Source: an uncultured Candidatus Saccharibacteria bacterium (GTDB taxonomy: Bacteria; Patescibacteriota; Saccharimonadia; UBA4664; CAZJNH01). Taken from it: a DNA stretch of 64,000 bases. Where the stretch lies: assembly GCA_964547425.1 (NCBI GenBank), contig CAZJNH010000006.1, positions 6,095 through 70,094 on the forward strand. The letters are read 5' to 3'. Positions within the stretch are counted from its first letter, which is position 1; each line of letters opens with the position of its first letter. Both the position numbers and the translations under genes were made by a program. The notes below the pieces were generated by a model. The model had not been told where the DNA came from. It worked only from the letters and a program-made list of their open reading frames with translations, and ran no database searches. Of the stretch, positions 45,665-54,165 are shown in pieces.

Positions 45665-47758
45665 TTATCGGCCTTCGGCGCGGGCGGCGGTGTATTTGCC
45701 GGAGATTTCGTCGGCGACGTTCTGCGGGACGGCGTCGTAGTGGTCAAATTCCATGGTGTTGCTTGCACGACCCTGGGTCATGGAACGAAGAGTTGTGGTA
45801 TAGCCAAACATTTCACCCAGCGGCACGAACGCGTCCACGACTTTGGCGCCGGCACGGTCCTCCATTTTGTCAATCCGGCCACGCTTGGCGTTGAGGTCGC
45901 CAATAACGTCACCCATAAACTCTTCGGGGGTCACAACTTCGACTTTCATAATTGGCTCAAGAATCACCGGACTGGCTTTGCGCACGCCTTCTTGAAGTGC
46001 CATCGAGCCGGCAATCTTGAAGGCCATTTCACTCGAGTCAACTTCGTGGAAGGAGCCGTCGTATAACTTCACCTTCATGTCGACCACCGGATAGCCGGCG
46101 ATAACACCGTTGTTCATCGCTTCTTTGACGCCCTCTTCGACCGGCTTAATGTACTCGCGAGGAATAGCGCCGCCGACGATGGCATTTTCGAACTCAAAGC
46201 CTTCGCCCGGCTCCTGCGGGGAGATCTCAATAAAGACATGGCCGTACTGGCCTCGGCCGCCGGATTGGCGAATGTATTTGCCTTCTTGCTGGACGGTTTT
46301 GCGAATGGTTTCGCGGTAGGCCACTTGAGGCTTACCGACGTTGGCTTCGACTTTAAACTCGCGCTTCATCCGGTCGACGATAATGTCGAGGTGTAGCTCG
46401 CCCATACCGGAGATGATGGTTTGGCCCGTTTCCTGGTTGGAGCTAATGCGGAAGGTTGGGTCTTCTTCACCCAAACGCTGCAAGGCGACACCCATTTTCT
46501 CCTGGTCGGCCTTGGTTTTCGGCTCGATGGCGACGGAGATAACCGGCTCGGGGAAGGTGATGGATTCCAAAATAATCGGGTGGTCTGGGTCACACAGCGT
46601 ATGGCCGGTGAAGGTGGATTTTAGGCCTACGGCGGCGGCGATATCTCCAGCGTAAACTTCACTAACTTCCTCGCGGGAGTTGGCGTGGAGCCGGACGATC
46701 CGGCCAATACGCTCTTTTTCGCCGGTGGATGAGTTCAAAACATAGGACCCAGACTTCATGGTACCGGAGTAGACGCGGAAGAAGGCTAGCTTGCCGACGA
46801 ACGGGTCGGCGGCGATTTTGAAGGCCAGCGCGCTAAACGGCTCCTCGTCCGAAGGTTTGCGGGTAATTTCGTCACCCGTCTTGGGATCAGTCCCAATCAT
46901 CGGCGGCACGTCGAGCGGGCTCGGCAAATAAGCGTTCACAGCGTCTAGTAATTGCTGGACACCTTTGTTTTTGAGCGCGGAGCCGTTTAAGACCGGATAA
47001 AGTTGGTTGGAGATCACGGCTTTGCGTAGCGCGGTGGTCAGCTCGTCTTCAGAGATCTCGCCGCCTTCGAGGAACTTCTCGGTCAAAGCCTCGTCGGTTT
47101 CAGCGATTCTCTCAATCATCGTGGCGCGGTATTCGTCGGCTTTGGCTTTCATATCGTCAGGAATCGGTTCGGAGGCGAACTCCTTGCCCATTTCATCTTT
47201 ATAAACGACAGCTTCCATTTTGATCAGGTCGATGATGCCTTTGTAGCTGGCTTCGGCGCCGATCGGCAACTGAATCGCCACGGCGTTTTTGTTGAGCCGG
47301 TCGTGGATACTTTTGAGGTCGGCGTAAAAGTCGGCTCCGGTACGGTCCATTTTGTTTACAAAACAGATGCGGGGAACATGGTATTTGTCGGCCTGGCGCC
47401 AAACGGTCTCGGATTGGGGCTCAACTCCGGCGACGCCGTCAAATACGGTTACGCCGCCATCTAGCACGCGCAATGAGCGCTCTACCTCAACTGTAAAGTC
47501 GACGTGGCCAGGCGTGTCGATAATGTTGATCCGGTGGTCTTTCCAGAAGCAAGTCGTGGCGGCGGAGGTAATGGTGATGCCGCGTTCTTGCTCCTGTTCC
47601 ATCCAGTCCATCGTGGCTTCTCCCTCGTGGACTTCGCCGATTTTGTGGGTTTTGCCGGTGTAATACAAAACCCGCTCGGTAACTGTAGTTTTACCGGCGT
47701 CGATATGGGCGATGATCCCGATGTTTCGGGTTTTTTCGAGCGAATATTCCCTTGCCAC
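45665..47758 (-). CDS. fusA: Elongation factor G (GTG start)
   Basis: 697 aa; [18 protein letters not shown] motifs. Confidence 0.97.
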   Translation of the reverse strand: MAREYSLEKTRNIGIIAHIDAGKTTVTERVLYYTGKTHKIGEVHEGEATMDWMEQEQERGITITSAATTCFWKDHRINIIDTPGHVDFTVEVERSLRVLDGGVTVFDGVAGVEPQSETVWRQADKYHVPRICFVNKMDRTGADFYADLKSIHDRLNKNAVAIQLPIGAEASYKGIIDLIKMEAVVYKDEMGKEFASEPIPDDMKAKADEYRATMIERIAETDEALTEKFLEGGEISEDELTTALRKAVISNQLYPVLNGSALKNKGVQQLLDAVNAYLPSPLDVPPMIGTDPKTGDEITRKPSDEEPFSALAFKIAADPFVGKLAFFRVYSGTMKSGSYVLNSSTGEKERIGRIVRLHANSREEVSEVYAGDIAAAVGLKSTFTGHTLCDPDHPIILESITFPEPVISVAIEPKTKADQEKMGVALQRLGEEDPTFRISSNQETGQTIISGMGELHLDIIVDRMKREFKVEANVGKPQVAYRETIRKTVQQEGKYIRQSGGRGQYGHVFIEISPQEPGEGFEFENAIVGGAIPREYIKPVEEGVKEAMNNGVIAGYPVVDMKVKLYDGSFHEVDSSEMAFKIAGSMALQEGVRKASPVILEPIMKVEVVTPEEFMGDVIGDLNAKRGRIDKMEDRAGAKVVDAFVPLGEMFGYTTTLRSMTQGRASNTMEFDHYDAVPQNVADEISGKYTAARAEGR

Positions 47759-47813
47759 TTGGTGTAACTAACTCCCGGTCAAATAAAAATATCTCGGTCG
47801 AGACAACTCAAGT

Positions 47814-47842
47814 AGTTTATCGGATTACGCTTGATGTATCAA
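47814..47842 (-). promoter_or_regulatory. Promoter for fusA
   Basis: minus strand TTGATA-17 nt-TAAACT. Confidence 0.4.
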
Positions 47843-47856
47843 TACTAAATGAAACA

Positions 47857-47878
47857 GCGGGGTCCTTGCGGACCCCGC
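47857..47878 (-). terminator. Hairpin terminator after the HAD gene
   Basis: GCGGGGTCC-ttgc-GGACCCCGC; on the minus strand followed by TGTTTCATTT. Confidence 0.45.
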
Positions 47879-47883
47879 CAATT

Positions 47884-48450
47884 CTAGCCGATCATCGCAA
47901 TCTGCTCGTACAGCTCCTTCCAAGAATTAACGCGAAGCGCAACATGGCTGGCGTCGATGTGTTCGTTGTATCCCCAGCCAAAGTGGAAGAGATAAGGCAC
48001 AGCGCCGGCGAGAGGCTCCAGCTTGTCCAGATCGTCGTCGACAAAGACATTACAGCCGGCTCTGCTTGCGGCAGCGGCTTTCGACAAATCTTTGCCGGTT
48101 CCTACGAACTCCAGATGCAGATCTTGCATCCTTGCCCATTTGCGTGCGACCTCGAGCGACTCCTCAGTTCGAGAAGTGATCACGATGACGGTATGACCGT
48201 CCTCGAGGAGCTTGTCGAGATGGAGCTTGAATTCCTCGACGAGCTCCATCAGAAAGCCAACTTCCTCCGTGCCGTAGATGATCCGCTGTAACTCGGAGTA
48301 CTGCTCCTCGGTTAGGTGGCCTTCGCCGACCACCAACTCGCGTTTGAACTTTTCGGGCGGTATATCGAGACCGTAAAGCCTCAGCGCCCCATCCGACTTC
48401 AGTTTGCCAGCGTCCGAAATAACTCCGTCAAAGTCTAGGCCAATGCGCAT
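47884..48450 (-). CDS. HAD-superfamily hydrolase
   Basis: Start trimmed to MRIGLDFDGVISD (DxDGV motif I) with an AGGGGGG RBS. Confidence 0.7.
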   Translation of the reverse strand: MRIGLDFDGVISDAGKLKSDGALRLYGLDIPPEKFKRELVVGEGHLTEEQYSELQRIIYGTEEVGFLMELVEEFKLHLDKLLEDGHTVIVITSRTEESLEVARKWARMQDLHLEFVGTGKDLSKAAAASRAGCNVFVDDDLDKLEPLAGAVPYLFHFGWGYNEHIDASHVALRVNSWKELYEQIAMIG

Positions 48451-48559
48451 ATTCGCCCCCCTGTGAAAGAGCCAAAAAACGCGGCTGCTTGCCGCAGAGA
48501 AATTATAACAAATAAGTGACGGGGCCTGCTGTGTTAGCAAACCCCGTCGGTGGTGCGCT

Positions 48560-48958
48560 CTAGAGTAGGTCGTCGTCGTAAAGCTGTTCGACCAGCTCGA
48601 GCGTCTTACACGAAATGTTGCCAAGAGTCTCCGGGCGAGAACTCCAGACGAGATCGACGATCTCACTACTGGGCACAGGTGTGCCGATCAGCTCGACCAG
48701 AAAGTAGTCGGTGAGCTTCCGCTCGTCGCGGATCTGGCCGTACCGCTCGTAGAAAGCCGGCCGGCAGGCCACTTCCTCTAGCAGCTCCCGCATGAGCCCA
48801 GCTTCCGAAGATTCGCCGTGTTCACGACGACCTCCCGGCGGTTTGAACTTACCCCCTTGTTCGGCGACCAAAAGCAGTTGCCGATCGACGATGACGATGC
48901 CCCGCACCGAACGCTGCAGTTTCAATTGCTTGCGCAACTTCACTGCCTGCAGAGTCAT
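48560..48958 (-). CDS. Nudix hydrolase
   Basis: Nudix box GGRREHGESSEAGLMRELLEE; start trimmed to MTLQAV. Confidence 0.75.
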   Translation of the reverse strand: MTLQAVKLRKQLKLQRSVRGIVIVDRQLLLVAEQGGKFKPPGGRREHGESSEAGLMRELLEEVACRPAFYERYGQIRDERKLTDYFLVELIGTPVPSSEIVDLVWSSRPETLGNISCKTLELVEQLYDDDLL

Positions 48959-49010
48959 GTCTTCCCCTTGCTTGAACCCCAACCCACACGGTTGGCATAA
49001 GAATTATGGG

Positions 49011-49433
49011 CTAGAAATCCCAGATGTTCAAGCCGGATTCTTCAGACAGTTTTTTGTTGAGAGCCGTGCCGGAGTCGTAGATTACCAGTTCCGCGGTGGC
49101 GGAGCATTTACCCTGGACCAAGTGGCCGCCGTAGGCCTTCATTTCTTCGTCGGACATCGTGGCGTGAAGATGAATCGAAAGATTGCCGTCCAGTTGGCCA
49201 GCGGTTCCATTAAGCGAGGTCAATTCAAAAATCCCGGCCATTGGCTTTTCGGAGTATTTCTTGTCGGAGATCTTGTAGTGCGCTAGCACCGGGTTTTCAA
49301 GCGACCCCAACCCCCAAATAAAGCCAGCTTTCCACTCCTGTTCGCCAAAGACCTGCTCGATCGAATGATGGTAGTCGTCACCAGGGTCCAGGCGGAGCAA
49401 CACTTTATTATTATCAAGCTGTTTATATTTCAT
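49011..49433 (-). CDS. PPC/DUF296-domain protein
   Basis: 140 aa; …GIFELTSLNGT…LSIHLHATMSD…GGHLVQG… pattern. Confidence 0.5.
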   Translation of the reverse strand: MKYKQLDNNKVLLRLDPGDDYHHSIEQVFGEQEWKAGFIWGLGSLENPVLAHYKISDKKYSEKPMAGIFELTSLNGTAGQLDGNLSIHLHATMSDEEMKAYGGHLVQGKCSATAELVIYDSGTALNKKLSEESGLNIWDF

Positions 49434-49456
49434 AGTTTAATCATAACCGGCAAAAC

Positions 49457-50152
49457 TTAGACCTCCAAGATATCCGGGGTCGAGAGGTCTAGGTCGTAGT
49501 TAAATTCGGCGAAAAAGCGCGACATTGGGTTGTTCTCGAGCGTTTTGGCGATGTCGGTGACCCCGGGCATTAAATCGGCTGCGTCTAGATAATGTAGTCT
49601 AGCCCAAAAGTTCTCCCCTGCCCCGGATTTGGTCACCAGCTGGCCTTGCGGCTCGGTTCCAACGAACAAATGAAACAGGATTTGGCTGATCGGCTCGCCT
49701 TTTTCGTTAACGGTAATGTAGCCGTCGCCGCGGTGGCTTAGGGTCGCCTCGAGGCCGGTTTTTTCCTTCAGCTCGCGTTCGGCGGCGGCGGCTAGCGTTT
49801 CTCCCAAGTGCAGTTTGCCGTACGGAAAACCGACCCGGTTGATCATCGGCTGCTTTTTGCGTTTATAGAGTAGGTACTCGCCGTAAGCGTTACGGAGTAC
49901 CAGTAGCGTTACGATTTTGGGCTGCGACCGTACATTTAGCGTTTCCATACTCAAGCGGTCGGCGTAGAGTTTGCCGGCGGATGTCAGCTCGTAGAGCCCG
50001 TCCGGGCGCTTGGCGACCATATCAGAGCTCATCAGAGCGCTTAGGTGATACGTAAACAGGTTACCCTCTACATCCTTGGGTTTTAAGTCGGCGTAGCGCT
50101 GAGTGGGGTTTAAAATCAGTTTTTTGAGGATGGTCTTGCGCAGGTCGTGCAT
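49457..50152 (-). CDS. Nudix hydrolase with N-terminal winged-helix-like domain
   Basis: 231 aa; Nudix box GFPYGKLHLGETLAAAAERELKEKTG in the C-terminal half. Confidence 0.65.
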   Translation of the reverse strand: MHDLRKTILKKLILNPTQRYADLKPKDVEGNLFTYHLSALMSSDMVAKRPDGLYELTSAGKLYADRLSMETLNVRSQPKIVTLLVLRNAYGEYLLYKRKKQPMINRVGFPYGKLHLGETLAAAAERELKEKTGLEATLSHRGDGYITVNEKGEPISQILFHLFVGTEPQGQLVTKSGAGENFWARLHYLDAADLMPGVTDIAKTLENNPMSRFFAEFNYDLDLSTPDILEV

Positions 50153-50281
50153 AGCATTAGCATAACAGATTAGAAAATATTATTTGACTCAATTTTTCTC
50201 GACTAGAAATTATTTTGACTCAAATTATAGTTAAGTTATCCACAGGTTTTTCTCCGAGAAAACCGAAAGGAGCAAATTGAC

Positions 50282-50560
50282 ATGATATATCAGATCTTCC
50301 GCAATTTCGTGGCAGCGGTCAGCGATAACCCGAAACTGACGGAGCGAGAGCTGATAGCCGCCGGGCTGAAAGATGTCGAAAACGCAATCGATTATTACCG
50401 GATCGGTTCGGCTTCGGGAGCCATATCTGGACCGTACCACCATCTCATCGATCAAGCGATCGAATGGGGCGCTATTGCCTGGGACCAGGAAAAAAATTGC
50501 TGGGTAAAAGGTGGGTTTGCGGGTACTTGGCTATCTAAACCAGCCAAGGAGGCGAATTGA
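50282..50560 (+). CDS. Hypothetical small protein (92 aa)
   Basis: AAGGAG RBS; first of three tightly packed plus-strand genes. Confidence 0.5.
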   Translation: MIYQIFRNFVAAVSDNPKLTERELIAAGLKDVENAIDYYRIGSASGAISGPYHHLIDQAIEWGAIAWDQEKNCWVKGGFAGTWLSKPAKEAN

Positions 50561-50561
50561 C

Positions 50562-50828
50562 GTGGAGGCACATGTACTTTTGTTTGGGCCTGTCTACGAT
50601 GAGCACGGGAGACTATACAACTGCCCTGGATTCTTCCGGGCATGGTGTAGCTGCGGTTGGCGGCCAAAGCTAACCCACCGAATTGCTGGACAGGCTTATG
50701 GACTCCGGGGTCACGCAGAAGCAGAGTTCCGAGAAAACCATCTGCCGGGTCTTGCGTGGAAGCAGCCGCAGGACCTAAGTAAAGACTTTCGGTGTGAAGT
50801 ACCAGCCGGAATAGGTTGCTGGAACTAG
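50562..50828 (+). CDS. Hypothetical Cys-rich small protein (GTG start)
   Basis: AAGGAGG 9 nt upstream of GTG; CPGFFRAWCSCGW…CEVPAGIGC. Confidence 0.4.
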   Translation: MEAHVLLFGPVYDEHGRLYNCPGFFRAWCSCGWRPKLTHRIAGQAYGLRGHAEAEFRENHLPGLAWKQPQDLSKDFRCEVPAGIGCWN

Positions 50829-50836
50829 GGGGCGCG

Positions 50837-51418
50837 ATGAGCTACGACGGAGAGTACGGAGCGAACGAGACCTGCCGACACGATCGGTATTACCGGAGCT
50901 GCGAGTATTGTAGCCGGATCGGTCCAAACGCGACGCAAGAGCAGTATAAAGAGCTCGCCCGGCAAGATGAGGAACAACGAGCCGCCCGCATTGCCGCACA
51001 AAAAACCGCGGCAGCGGCGAGGATTGCCGAGGCCAGATCTCGCAGCTTTCCCGCCACACTGAACGAGCAGCGAGTTGAGCGGACGATAACTTACCGGGTT
51101 GAGATCGGGGACTTCGTCCACTACGACTGCTACAACTACCAGCGGCTTATGGACAAGCATCCAGTCTGGAAGCGCAAGGAGGTCGTCGAGGCTAAGAATG
51201 ACCGTGAAGCTCGAGCGGCCGCCACACGACTCCAGCCGAAACTAAGAGAAATCGGCAGCCTCCGGAAGCATAAGCAATGCCCGCAGCACGGTCTGGGAAT
51301 CGAGGTAATCGGTCTAACGAAGGTCGTCAAAGAAAAAACGGCCGACGGGTGGGAACGAACCACCGAACTCCCTGTCAGTCTGCCGAAAGAAGTTAAGGCT
51401 AGAATTCCCACGATCTAG
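50837..51418 (+). CDS. Hypothetical protein with N-terminal Cys cluster and Ala/Arg-rich helix
   Basis: 193 aa from MSYDGE… (AGGGGG RBS); CRHDRYYRSCEYC. Confidence 0.5.
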   Translation: MSYDGEYGANETCRHDRYYRSCEYCSRIGPNATQEQYKELARQDEEQRAARIAAQKTAAAARIAEARSRSFPATLNEQRVERTITYRVEIGDFVHYDCYNYQRLMDKHPVWKRKEVVEAKNDREARAAATRLQPKLREIGSLRKHKQCPQHGLGIEVIGLTKVVKEKTADGWERTTELPVSLPKEVKARIPTI

Positions 51419-51434
51419 CCTGGTACCAAAAAAA

Positions 51435-51472
51435 AGCCCGGGGAATACACCCCCGGGCTTTTCCCTTTTTTT
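51435..51472. terminator. Bidirectional intrinsic terminator
   Basis: AAAAAAAAGCCCGGGG-aatacac-CCCCGGGCTTTTCCCTTTTTTT. Confidence 0.8.
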
Positions 51473-51476
51473 GAAC

Positions 51477-51557
51477 CTTGTAGTTCGCTAACCTGAAAAG
51501 GGTTACACCCTTAACAGATTGGCAAATTACAAGGTTTTGGATTTTTGAGTCAAATTT
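51477..51557. repeat. 80-nt intergenic repeat, copy 2
   Basis: about 90% identical to 8962..9040; abuts the ABC-F stop codon. Confidence 0.7.
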
Positions 51558-53211
51558 AGGGAATTTCGAGGGTTTGGCCGCCGAGGTAGCGGGCGAAGTA
51601 GCTGTCGTGGGAGATGAATATGATGGCGCCGTGGTAGTCGACCAGGGCGTTTTCTAGTTCTTCAATTGACGGTAAGTCTAAGTGGTTCGTCGGCTCGTCT
51701 AAGATTAGCAAGTTTGGTCGGCTGGCTAACATGCCGATGAGTTGCAGCCGTGCTTTTTCGCCACCGGAAAGCATTGAGACTGGCTTGGGGTAGTCTGCCA
51801 CCGGATCGAACAGGTATTGGGCTAGCAATTGGCGCACCCGCGTATCCGTAACCGGCTGGTTGTGCCGGTCTAAAATTTCAGCGACCGCTTCGCCTAGCTT
51901 TTTCTTGAGTAATCCAGTCTCGACTTCCTGGTGATAAACACCCAGGTTGATGCGTTTTTCAGGGTGAATCCAGCCGCCATAGGCTTTACTGTCCAGTTCG
52001 CGCTCTTCGATCGATGCGATGATCGCCCGGACCAAAGTGGTTTTGCCTACACCATTACGGCCCTTGATCTGGATCCGATCGCCACCGGACATGCTGAAGT
52101 TTACGCCATCAAATAGCGCGTGATCGAAGCCTAGCGACAAGTCTTTGACCTCGAGTAGCTTAGCAACGGTCGATACGCCATCCTTAGCGCCGATTTTGAT
52201 GTTTTTGGCTTTGTACTTATCGTATTTTTCGACCACGTCGTCGCGGAGCTCCTCCACCGATTCGCGATCGATCCAAAACGATGGCTTAGCCACCTCCTCT
52301 TTGAGCTTATTGACCTGTTTAGTAAGCCGCTCTTCGATCGCGACGAACGGGTTTTTCTTGTCGGCGGTGCCGTGCCATGAAGGTTTTTTGGCGCGGGCAG
52401 CTTTAATTTGAATTTCCAGACGGCGAATCGTCCGCTGGGCCACTTCGTAATCGTTGATTTGCCCGACGGTGATACTGCTGTTTTGCTCGAGGTACGCGTC
52501 GTAGTTACCAGGGAACGAGTAAATCGTCTGGTCGCGAATTTCGAGTATGCGGTCGACTTCGCCCAGGACGTCCCGATCGTGGGTTATCACCGCAACGGCG
52601 CGTTTTGTTGATTTGAGCCAATCGATGAAAGTAGCCTTGGCGGCGTAGTCCATATGGTTGGTCGGCTCGTCGGTTAAGGCTAAGTCAGCTTCCGACAGCT
52701 CAACCCTAACTAAATCCACGAACCGTTTCTGTCCGCCCGACAGCGTCGCAAAGTCACCGGCGGCTAGTTTGGCATCAATCTGATACGCCTCGAGCGCCCG
52801 CAAAGCCTTGGCCTGGATGTCGTAGTAACCCAACCGCGTAAACTCCTCGACCGCCTCCGTGTACTCGGCGATCTTTTTAACATCAGAACTCATCTTCGCG
52901 GGGTGATGCTCAATGACCGTCTGAAGCTGTCGATAGTCGGGCAGATTATCGAGAATGTAATCAATGGCCGTTTGGTTTTCGACCGGAAAGTGTTCCTGCT
53001 TGGTAGCAGCCATCTGTAAACCACGGCGGTGACGAATCTCACCTTCAAATTCCTTATCCATTCCAGTCAGCATGTTGAATAGAGTCGTTTTACCCACACC
53101 ATTACGGCCAACAATTGCCAGTTTTTCGCCAGGATTAATGACGAACTTAAGATCGCGAAACAGAATGCGGTGTCCCAATTTCTTTAATTTGATGTCTGCG
53201 GTCAAAAGCAT
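51556..53211 (-). CDS. ABC-F family ATPase (EttA/Uup-like translation factor)
   Basis: 551 aa; two ABC cassettes (GRNGVGKTT, GRNGVGKTTL; LSGGEK signature) and no TM domain. Confidence 0.85.
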   Translation of the reverse strand: MLLTADIKLKKLGHRILFRDLKFVINPGEKLAIVGRNGVGKTTLFNMLTGMDKEFEGEIRHRRGLQMAATKQEHFPVENQTAIDYILDNLPDYRQLQTVIEHHPAKMSSDVKKIAEYTEAVEEFTRLGYYDIQAKALRALEAYQIDAKLAAGDFATLSGGQKRFVDLVRVELSEADLALTDEPTNHMDYAAKATFIDWLKSTKRAVAVITHDRDVLGEVDRILEIRDQTIYSFPGNYDAYLEQNSSITVGQINDYEVAQRTIRRLEIQIKAARAKKPSWHGTADKKNPFVAIEERLTKQVNKLKEEVAKPSFWIDRESVEELRDDVVEKYDKYKAKNIKIGAKDGVSTVAKLLEVKDLSLGFDHALFDGVNFSMSGGDRIQIKGRNGVGKTTLVRAIIASIEERELDSKAYGGWIHPEKRINLGVYHQEVETGLLKKKLGEAVAEILDRHNQPVTDTRVRQLLAQYLFDPVADYPKPVSMLSGGEKARLQLIGMLASRPNLLILDEPTNHLDLPSIEELENALVDYHGAIIFISHDSYFARYLGGQTLEIP

Positions 53212-53225
53212 AACCTTCCTAGAAT

Positions 53226-53252
53226 ACCAAAAAACCGCCTGGTTGGCGGTTC
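53226..53252 (-). terminator. Intrinsic terminator after rpsG
   Basis: minus strand AACCGCCAACCAGGCGGTT followed by TTTTTT. Confidence 0.65.
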
Positions 53253-53272
53253 GAGGGGCTTAAGTCGCTTTG

Positions 53273-53749
53273 CTAGTAACGAGCAAAATGCGCAAATGCC
53301 TTATTCGCTTCGGCCATGCGATGGGTGTCGTCTTTTTTCTTAATCGAGTCGCCCTGGTTGTTGTAGGCGTTCATAATTTCATCGGCCAAACGCAGATCGA
53401 ACGAGCGGCCCTTCATTCCCCGGGCGGAGTCCAAAATCCACACCATAGCGTAATGGGTCCGGCGATCGCCACGGACTTCAACCGGAATCTGGTAGTTAGC
53501 TCCACCGATTCGGCGGGTCCGTACCTGGAGTAATGGCGAAACGTTTTTAATTGCGGTCTCAAAAACTTCGAGCGGATCTTTTTTGGTCTTTTCTTTGACG
53601 TTTTCGAGCGCGCCATACATCAAATTCTCCGCGACACGTTTTTTACCATCTTCCATTAGCTTGTTGATCATCTTAGACACCAAAACGTTTTGGTAGACGA
53701 TGTCCGGGGCGATGGTACGCTTAAATGATTTTGTCTTCTTGCGTGGCAT
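53273..53749 (-). CDS. rpsG: 30S ribosomal protein uS7
   Basis: 158 aa; S7 family. Confidence 0.95.
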   Translation of the reverse strand: MPRKKTKSFKRTIAPDIVYQNVLVSKMINKLMEDGKKRVAENLMYGALENVKEKTKKDPLEVFETAIKNVSPLLQVRTRRIGGANYQIPVEVRGDRRTHYAMVWILDSARGMKGRSFDLRLADEIMNAYNNQGDSIKKKDDTHRMAEANKAFAHFARY

Positions 53750-54156
53750 TACGGTTTCTTAGTCCCATATAAACTGCGGCCTTGCTTACGGTTGGCTACT
53801 CCGCCGGCGTCTAAGTGACCGCGGACGATATGATAACGAACACCAGGAAGGTCGGGCACCCGGCCGCCGCGAATCATCACTACGGAGTGTTCCTGCAGGT
53901 TGTGGCCAACACCGGGAATATAGGCGGTGACTTCCATGCCGTTAGTCAACCGGACACGGGCAACTTTGCGCAGAGCCGAGTTCGGCTTCTTGGGCGTTTG
54001 GGTAAACACCTTCACGCACACTCCCCGCTTCAATGGCGCCGGTTGGGCGTAGGAGCGGTTTTTGAGCGCGTTGTAGGTCCGCCCCAAGGCCGGAACCTTG
54101 TTCTTTTTCTTGAGCGGCTTGCGCCCTTTTTTGACTAACTGGTTAATAGTTGGCAT
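53749..54156 (-). CDS. rpsL: 30S ribosomal protein uS12
   Basis: 135 aa; [12 protein letters not shown]…. Confidence 0.97.
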   Translation of the reverse strand: MPTINQLVKKGRKPLKKKNKVPALGRTYNALKNRSYAQPAPLKRGVCVKVFTQTPKKPNSALRKVARVRLTNGMEVTAYIPGVGHNLQEHSVVMIRGGRVPDLPGVRYHIVRGHLDAGGVANRKQGRSLYGTKKP

Positions 54157-54165
54157 AACGGCTGT

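Noticed and set aside
50200-50240. Apparent hairpin GGTTTTTCTCCGAGAAAACC upstream of the 50282 gene
   Set aside because: On inspection the arms do not pair cleanly (bulge plus 1-nt loop); more likely just an A/T-rich RBS-proximal region.
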